NCBI GenBank assembly: GCA_000004985.1
Contig: GG738898.1
Length of the DNA: 64,000 bases
Reading direction: 5' to 3' (one strand)
Source of the DNA: Naegleria gruberi
Taxonomy: Eukaryota
Positions 56,979 to 64,000 of the stretch are shown piece by piece. Position 1 is the first letter of the stretch. Each line of letters starts with the position of its first letter. The position numbers and the translations under genes are program-made. The notes beneath the pieces were generated by a model, which saw only the letters and a list, made by a program, of their open reading frames with translations, searched no databases and was not told the origin of the DNA.

Positions 56979-57730
56979 AATAGATTACAATTATAATTAT
57001 TTCTCTTTGCATGTCTGACACTACGTTTCAAATACTTTTTGTGATTTAATTGTTGTTCACTTTGAGTAGACAAGGTAGCAACTCCACTTGAATCAAGAGC
57101 CTCATCAAGACCATATCCTTCACTAGTATTTGAAGAGGCTTCCTCAATCTCAGATTCACTATCCTCATCATTTAAAGTTTCTACCAATTCCTCATTTTCA
57201 TCCGAACTAACTCCTTCACTAGCAGCAGCAGCTTCCTCCTCCAAGTCCTCTCCATTCAATCCCTCTTCCTGATTCTCCAACAAGTGTCCCAACAAATTTG
57301 AAATCTCCTCATCATTATTCAATTCATGAGCGGTGGTAGCTGTGTTGAGAGTATTTTTTTCAAAGGCTCCAAACGACTCCTCATCACTCAAAACAACGGA
57401 GCCGTAACTTTCCAACTGCTCTACCGGTCTCAAGGAGGTCATTGTCATGGCTGATGTTGTTGATGATGATGTTGTTGTGGCGGCAACAAGTTCATTCTCT
57501 TGTATGATGGCAGCGGTTGCGGCTTGTTCGCTGTTTGGGGAGGCCCACGACGAGGTTAAACCGCCTAATCGATTCTGTTTGGCACTCTCATCGATACCAC
57601 CAGCTTGCACCACTGTTGTTGTTGATGATGATTGGAAGAGAAAGATGAGCAAGCAGGTGAGAGCGAAAAAGAGAAGCAAACGGTTGCTCCAACTTTTCAT
57701 TTTGTTTTTTTTTGAGATGTGACTTGACAT
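56921..57730 (-). CDS. Secreted acidic hypothetical protein (269 aa); may be the N-terminal part of the 55437-56978 ORF
   Basis: It has a signal peptide (LLLFFALTCLLIFLFQSSS) and then an E/D/S-rich sequence. It overlaps the downstream ORF by 58 nt in a different frame. I found no convincing intron. Confidence 0.4.
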   Translation of the reverse strand: MSSHISKKNKMKSWSNRLLLFFALTCLLIFLFQSSSTTTVVQAGGIDESAKQNRLGGLTSSWASPNSEQAATAAIIQENELVAATTTSSSTTSAMTMTSLRPVEQLESYGSVVLSDEESFGAFEKNTLNTATTAHELNNDEEISNLLGHLLENQEEGLNGEDLEEEAAAASEGVSSDENEELVETLNDEDSESEIEEASSNTSEGYGLDEALDSSGVATLSTQSEQQLNHKKYLKRSVRHAKRNNYNCNLLCLAHILLASLENSLMLEQ

Positions 57731-58045
57731 ATGACTCGATGACCTTGCTGGCTAAAATATTTTTGGCGCTGAGGTTGTGATTCGCAGTGGTAATGTTGAA
57801 GAAAGAAGGGTTTCAAGATATTTCAAAGTGAAATTTCAAAGAAATTGTAAATTTTATTGTTTTTTGTAATGCATAGGGTTGAATGTTTGTATTGTGTTTT
57901 ATTGTTGTAAATGGCAACCATTACTTTCTAGAATTGGAATTTGTCTTCTTTCATTTTATTTGTATTAAAAAAATGAACGGTTTCGAATATCAAGAACACA
58001 ATTCACTACAAACACAAATTCCGATAATGTTGAATCACTTTAAAT

Positions 58046-59377
58046 TTATCTCAAGTAAAGAGCACCATTTCTGTTGGTGAGTGTAGCACTAGCAACACTT
58101 GTTGTATCATAGACGTATTGAACACCAGGATTGAATCCAGGACCTGGACCTCCCTCAGGACATGAAGGATAAGTATAAGTTGCCCAAACCGTGCCTGCAC
58201 CTGCATTCATGAAAGAGTCAGTTGTAGCACGTGGAATACCCATTCTGAACCCCATACAGTGCATATCTGATGTCTTACTATAGGTGACATAGGTTGGAAG
58301 AGTTAGAACATTCTTCAAATTGTAACATGTTGCAGGAATGGCAGCATAATAAGTTTGCATCGTTGGATCACTGTATGCTGTTACTCTTGTTCTTTGAACG
58401 TAATCTCTCAATCCTTGTGGAATTGTACAATAGGCACTATATTGCCAATCATTTGTAAAGAAATTAGAAAAAGCAATAGTTGCTGCATTACCACTGTCAG
58501 TGGATGCTCTAATCTGAGTGGAAATATTCATCAAATCAGATGTTGGAATGTGGAATGTAATAGTATCATTTGTAGTGGTGGCAGCATTATCATCAAAGAC
58601 GTGGAAGTGAGCTCCGTAATAGTCTCTTCTAATACCAGCAAACATGGTCCATCCTCCACCGTCTGTATCCATATCACAATAGACTGTCATGACTGTATTT
58701 CCAGGTTTAATTTGATACAATCCACTTCCTTCACCCAAGTACATTCTAGGAGCTATTGGATTTCTATACTCCTTACATGATCTTGCATAGGTTCCATCGG
58801 CATATTTAAATCCACTCACTGAATTATAGCTGGTTGTTGTACCATTGACTGTTTCACAATTATCTCCAATGTAAGGTGATTTACAGGAACACTTATTGGA
58901 GGATGTACAGTTACCACGTCCAGAACAAACTGAGGCGCTTGTGGCGAGTACACCAAAACATGCCATTTGCATGCAATTGATTCCGGCCCATCCTGAGGCG
59001 CATCCTTGGTTGCAATCATCACCACTATAATGTTGACATGTTGTTGTGATGGTGTTAACTTCCAATGAGAGACTATCGATGGCGGTTTGAATTTTATCAG
59101 ATTGTTTTTGTCTCAGTATTATAATTGAGGTCAAATTTGCATTTCCAGTAGAGTTGAGGAGGGAAATAGCAGACGTGATTTTAGCCTTTGTACTCACTAG
59201 CTTTGCAAGTTCTGCATTAAGGTCGGTAAGGTAGGATCTAATGCTGCATCCTCCTGGGAGAGTGCATGTAAAATTTTGTTGTCCATTCACAACATGATAT
59301 GTTGCGGATGATGATAACAACCCAACCAAAATGAGCAGCAAGACTCGTGTGGAAATGAGATGAGCGATGCCTTGCAT
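58046..59377 (-). CDS. Secreted EGF-like plus fibrinogen-related-domain (FReD/FBG) protein (tenascin/ficolin-like)
   Basis: It has a signal peptide and a helical N-terminal region. One tenascin-type EGF follows (CFGVLATSASVCSGRGNCTSSNKCSCKSPYIGDNCE). The FBG core is ...SGLYQIKPGNTVMTVYCDMDTDGGGWTMFAGIRRDYYG.. The VYCDM.TDGGGWT motif is diagnostic. Confidence 0.8.
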   Translation of the reverse strand: MQGIAHLISTRVLLLILVGLLSSSATYHVVNGQQNFTCTLPGGCSIRSYLTDLNAELAKLVSTKAKITSAISLLNSTGNANLTSIIILRQKQSDKIQTAIDSLSLEVNTITTTCQHYSGDDCNQGCASGWAGINCMQMACFGVLATSASVCSGRGNCTSSNKCSCKSPYIGDNCETVNGTTTSYNSVSGFKYADGTYARSCKEYRNPIAPRMYLGEGSGLYQIKPGNTVMTVYCDMDTDGGGWTMFAGIRRDYYGAHFHVFDDNAATTTNDTITFHIPTSDLMNISTQIRASTDSGNAATIAFSNFFTNDWQYSAYCTIPQGLRDYVQRTRVTAYSDPTMQTYYAAIPATCYNLKNVLTLPTYVTYSKTSDMHCMGFRMGIPRATTDSFMNAGAGTVWATYTYPSCPEGGPGPGFNPGVQYVYDTTSVASATLTNRNGALYLR

Positions 59378-59782
59378 TGCGTTTTTTTTCTAAGGATTGT
59401 TGGGTGGTGGAACAAACATATATCGATATTGAAACTGTAGTTGGGTAATTTGGACCCTCAAATACCGAATGCCTTATTGATACTCTTTTAATTTTCCAAA
59501 AACCAATTGACCAAGGAAGTGTTGGTAAATATTTGACACTTCAAGTAACGTGGGAAATTGGAAAATTCACAGAGTTTTAAAGTTAGTAGGAATACTTGTA
59601 CAAAGATTTTGAGCCTTTGGGTGCTGTTTGATACTTGTACGAGAAGCAGTAACTAACTGTAATGTGAAATATTTCCATCAATACTGCTCAAATATTCCTA
59701 CATCCAATCAACTGATAACTCGCTAGCAGTAGATGCTCAGAACAAGCAAGTTGTGCATCACCTCTGGTATTGTAATCATCAG

Positions 59783-59913
59783 CAAACATTCAGCATGTTC
59801 ATGCACATAAAATGTACTACTACAGCTTGTTGTATTGATTATCGAACGCGAATCACTGACAAATGTCACAACCATTGTACATTTTAAATGTGCATGAACA
59901 TGCTGAATGTTTG
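59783..59913. repeat. Intergenic inverted repeat (arms ~35 bp, 59783-59817 and 59877-59913; ~59-bp spacer)
   Basis: The left arm CAAACATTCAGCATGTTCATGCACAT(AAAATGTAC) is reverse-complemented on the right as (GTACATTTTAA)ATGTGCATGAACATGCTGAATGTTTG. The 26-bp core is perfect. It lies between divergent genes (FBG gene minus, VCBS copy 2 plus). Confidence 0.6.
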
Positions 59914-60162
59914 AAATGAACACTTCAAACCTCTAACATGTGAAAGGTTTAAAACCTATGAATTTTCAATAGAGCGGTAAATTAACGAGGAGGATTCCAG
60001 AGTGAACTGCCTTACTGTCGTTGTAAACTGCCCTATTCACTCAACTTTTTGATGTCAAGTGGTTTGATACTTTCAACTCTACCACTACGAGTGTCAAAAG
60101 TCAATAAAACTAACCTTCCACCTCGAGCAAAACATACTTCATCATTAAAAAAAACAATCAAG

Positions 60163-63100
60163 ATGCCAGCTACTATCTTGAACGGTTCTACCACTTCAAG
60201 TTCTGGTCTCAATATTAACCTTTCATTGTTGGTAAGTTTACATATTTCACATGAGCTTAATTATAATTCTTTATTGTTGTTGTTGCTGATCTTTCTCCAC
60301 ACCAATGACATCTGGCACTGTGATCTCTCTTACTCTTTCGATATTTTAATATCACATGCTAAACTAATTACTTTGAATGGCCATGTTGTTTCTTTTCTAA
60401 ATTCTCCACTTTGACCAAAACGCGGTCAATTCAACTTTTTAAAAAATTGGCATCACATTTGATCTTCTGAATCTTTGCAACGCGATTTTCCTTCTTTGCT
60501 CCTTTGGCGCTTTTTCTGGTGCGGTTCAATCATCATCAATATTAATTTATTGTTAAAATTACTTTTTTAAATGATGAATCCGTGTTGAGTAGAAAGGAGG
60601 TACTATTAGTCAGACAATTGTATGTTTTTTAAATATTTTGTATGTTTAATATTTTGAATGTTAGGTTGGTGCAATTATTACAGCTTTGGTAGTTGCTTCC
60701 ACAGTTGCTACTATTATCTTGGTTTCAGTTGGTGTTGGTTATTCTAGTCCTCAACCGTATGTACTTTTAAAATTCATTATTTGAAATTAATTGAAATCTA
60801 GTCAACCTGATTTTGCTACTACTTACAAGAGAGTGCCTATTACTGTTGATGTACTCATAAATGATAACGATCCACGTGGTGGTAATCTTACTTTGACTCA
60901 AATTGTTGATCAACCAAAGTATGGTACTGTCAAGATTCTTTCTCGTTCCCAAGTTGTTTATCAATCCATTGGTTCTTTCTCTGGAAATGACACTTTCAGT
61001 TATGAAGTTAGTAATTCCTTTGTTACAGCCAATGCTACTGTTACTGTTCAAGTTTTGAATAGACCTCCTCAAGCTGTTCCAATCTATAAGAAGATCTCCA
61101 AGAATGCTAATAAGGCTCTCGTTGATATTTTCAATTATATTGGTGACAATGATGAAAAGATTACTGATATTGATAATGATGTCTTGTATGTTACTGGCTT
61201 CGCTGATCAACAAGTTACCAGTGGTAATGCTCAAAGTTTAGGTGCAATTGAAATTGATCCTTACAATGGTTTCTTGTACACTCCTGTTAATGGTTTCAAT
61301 GGTATCGAACAATTCAAGTATACCATCTCAGATGGTAATGACACTGCTTCTTCAACTGTTACTGTTGAAGTTGAAAATGATGCTCCTGTTGCTACTGATG
61401 ATGTTTACAGAATTCCAAAATATAGTAGTTTGGAATTGCTCATTTTACAAAATGATTATGATATCAATGGTGATGATTTCAATGTTACCAACGCTGTTGG
61501 TGCTGGTTATGGTGCTCTTCGTGTTCAAGACAAGACTGTTGTCTATTTCACTTCAAGTGTTTTAACCAAAAAGTATACTGATTCTTTCGAATATTCAATT
61601 TCTGATAGTCAAGCTTCAGGATCTGCTGTAGTTTCTGTTCAAGTTTACAATACTGAACCAACTGTCTACTCCAAGACTGTCACTGTTGGAAAGTCCTCTT
61701 CCAATAACCTCATTTCAATTGATTACTCTGATCCTGATGGAAAGGATGTTGTCGTATTGACCAAAGTTACTCCTGCATTGGCCTCTCTTAATCCAGCTGC
61801 TTCCATGCAAGTTGCTAAGGGTACTAAACGTGTCAACCTTGATTGTTGTGATTGGGTTAGCGTTGAAACTAATAATTACACTATTGTTTATACTCCAACT
61901 CCTGGAGTTGTTTACTCACAAACTTTGGATATTTCCATGACAGATGGTGAATCTGATGGCTATGGTAAGATTACTATTAATGTAGTCAATAATCCACCTG
62001 TTGCTGTTGATGACACTGTTACTTGTAATAAGAATCAACAAGTTTTGATTAATGTTCTTGCCAATGACTATGATGTTAACCCAGGCGATACTGAACTTCT
62101 TCAATTAACTAATAACGGTTGGCAATCAACTACCAAGAATGGTGGTTCTGTTTCTATTTATAATGCTACACATGTATTGTATGTTGCTCCAAAGGGTAGT
62201 TTGGCTACTGATGTTGCCTCCTATAGAATCTATGATCAAAGCAAAGATGTACAAGGTAATCCAGATTCTACTGGTTTCTCAACTGGTAAGATTAGTATTA
62301 ACATTATCAATAATCCACCTGTTCCTGTTGATGATGTTTTTACTATTTCAAAGGGTCTTAATGCCACTTTGAACGTTTTGAATAATGATTATGATCCTAA
62401 TTTCGATCTTATTTCAACAATTAACTCTGTTGATAGATCAACTGTTAAAAATATCTTGGCTACTATTGTTAAGAATTCTGGTGAAAATGATACCTTATTC
62501 TATACTGCTGCTAATGAAGAGTACACTGATTACCTTACTTATGATGTAATTGATGTTGACGGTTTGGTTTCTGAAAATAAGGCCACTGTCACTTTGAATG
62601 TTGTCAATAATGCTCCAGTTGCTAGAGATGATACTTATAGTGTTAACTGGAATCACAATATTTTGTGCCCTGTCAAGACTAATGATGCTGATATCAATGG
62701 TGATTTGCCTTCTTCCAAGATTGAAATTTATCAAAATCCATCTAATGGTGTTGTTGAAGTTATTAGTGATAGTGTAAGATATACTCCAAATACTGCATTT
62801 GTTGGTGTTGATACTTTCCAATACAAGTTGAACGATGGTAGTGTTGCCAATTTCTTGTCAAATGCTGCTACTGTTACAATTAATGTTTTGAATACTGCTC
62901 CTGTTGCTGTTGATGATACTGCCACTACTCACTGGAGAAATGATGCTGGTGTTTTAGTCAGTGTTTTGGTTAATGATTCTGATAATGAAGGTGATTCCTT
63001 GTCTGTTACCAATGCTCTAGTTGATGCTGTACTGCTTCAGTTTTTGATAGTCAAACTGTCAAGTTTGTTTCAACTCAAACCTCTGCTACTGTTGGTACTA

Positions 63101-64000
63101 AGCAAATTAAGTATACCGTCTCTGATGGAAACAAGAATACCATTGGAAATGTCAATGTCTTGGTTACAAATACCAAACCAGTCGCTTTTGCTGATGCTTA
63201 CACTTACCACTGGGCTGCTCCAAAACAAACATTGAGTGTCATGTCTAACGATAAGGATGCCGACCTTGATCCAATTTCAATCAAATCTGTTTCTGGAAGT
63301 GCTGCCGCTGTTAAGAATGGAAATGATATTGATTATACTCCAAAGAAGGATGGTGTTACTGATACCTTCCAATATGTCATTACTGATACTGTTACTGATG
63401 CTGATCCAGCAACTGTCACTGTTACTTTCACTAACAATGACAAGCCAGTTGCTTCAAGTGTTTCAACTTCTATTCACTGGAGAGCTTTCGCTGCTCAATC
63501 TAATCAACAAGATTTCTCTGTTTATTCCTCAACAACTGATGCTGATGGTGACGCTCTTACATTGACTGTTAATCCAACTGCTACTGGTATTTCTGGTGCT
63601 TCATGTAGCAAGACCACTGATTCAATTGCCAAGGTTAGAGTTACAGCTCCAACCAAGACTACTGGTTCTGCCACCTGTTCCTTCTCAGTTTCTGATGGTT
63701 TGGCAAATACTGGATCAAAGACTGCTACTGTTACTATAACTAACAATGCTCCAACATGTACTGATATTACTGTTTTCTTCAATGCTATCTATGTGTCAGT
63801 TGGTCAAACATTCTCCGTTTCTTCATCTGTTAGTGATGCTGATTCTGCTGATGTTCCTTATTTGGCAGCTAGTAGTGCAATCATGTCTGGTTCATTCTCA
63901 GGTGATACATTCTCTGTTTCAAATGGTAACCTCCTCTTCAAACCAAATGGTCAATTGGGTAATCGTGTTTATGGTTATAAGGTTACTGATGGTATTGTTG
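60163..64000 (+). CDS. VCBS/cadherin-like tandem-repeat membrane protein, copy 2 (continues beyond window end)
   Basis: Exon A is 60163-60231 (MPATILNGSTTSSSGLNINLSLL), with donor GTAAGT. A 433-nt intron follows. Exon B is 60665-60756 and encodes a TM helix (VGAIITALVVASTVATIILVSVGVGY), with donor GTATGT. A 45-nt intron follows. Exon C starts at 60802. It contains at least 11 ~95-aa repeats with PVAVDD...NVLANDYD...GD motifs. There is an apparent 1-nt frameshift near 63030, after which the coding frame continues to 64000. Confidence 0.8.

Noticed and set aside
58355-59025. ORFs 58355-58780 plus and 58816-59025 minus
   Set aside because: They lie inside the FBG-domain gene in non-coding frames.
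1-64000. Alternative genetic code (TAA reassigned), considered because of the in-frame TAA at 1194-1196
   Set aside because: All well-supported genes terminate at TAA/TAG/TGA at positions that match homolog C-termini, for example ACAD10 and the SAP protein. The same locus also carries two frameshifts, so pseudogenisation or sequencing error is the simpler explanation.
1-64000. CRISPR arrays, prophage or transposon content
   Set aside because: No direct-repeat/spacer periodicity, no transposase- or integrase-like ORFs and no LTR-like terminal repeats were seen. This is a eukaryotic nuclear region.

Overview
This looks like a draft nuclear scaffold from an AT-rich (~35% GC) eukaryote, not a prokaryote. 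The evidence is five N-gaps, spliceosomal GT-AG introns of 41-445 nt, Pol III genes with T-run terminators and tRNA introns. Codon usage is TTG/GGT/CCA/AGA/GCT/AAG-preferring. Codon usage and gene content suggest an amoeboid protist, more Naegleria-like than Dictyostelium-like, but this is inference only. I can support about 20 protein genes.

The main contents are:
- two near-identical copies of a VCBS/cadherin-like tandem-repeat membrane protein gene at the two ends of the window;
- a dCache sensor gene;
- a 15.4-kb single-exon gene encoding a giant EGF-repeat, sequon-rich, GPS-containing single-pass protein;
- an ACAD10/11-type APH+ACAD fusion gene;
- a DOCK180-type GEF with N-terminal SH3 and several tiny introns;
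- a secreted tandem beta-lactamase-fold protein;
- a multi-TM PAS adenylyl cyclase;
- an ARF-like GTPase;
- a SAP/AT-hook nuclear protein;
- F-box/LRR genes, one apparently pseudogenised;
- an M60-like HEXXH peptidase;
- an EGF plus fibrinogen-related-domain protein;
- tRNA-Tyr(GTA) and tRNA-Leu(AAG), both intron-containing;
- an inverted pair of 5S rRNA copies, one intact and one 3'-truncated.

There is no CRISPR and no clear transposon. Reading frames across the N-gaps are unreliable.
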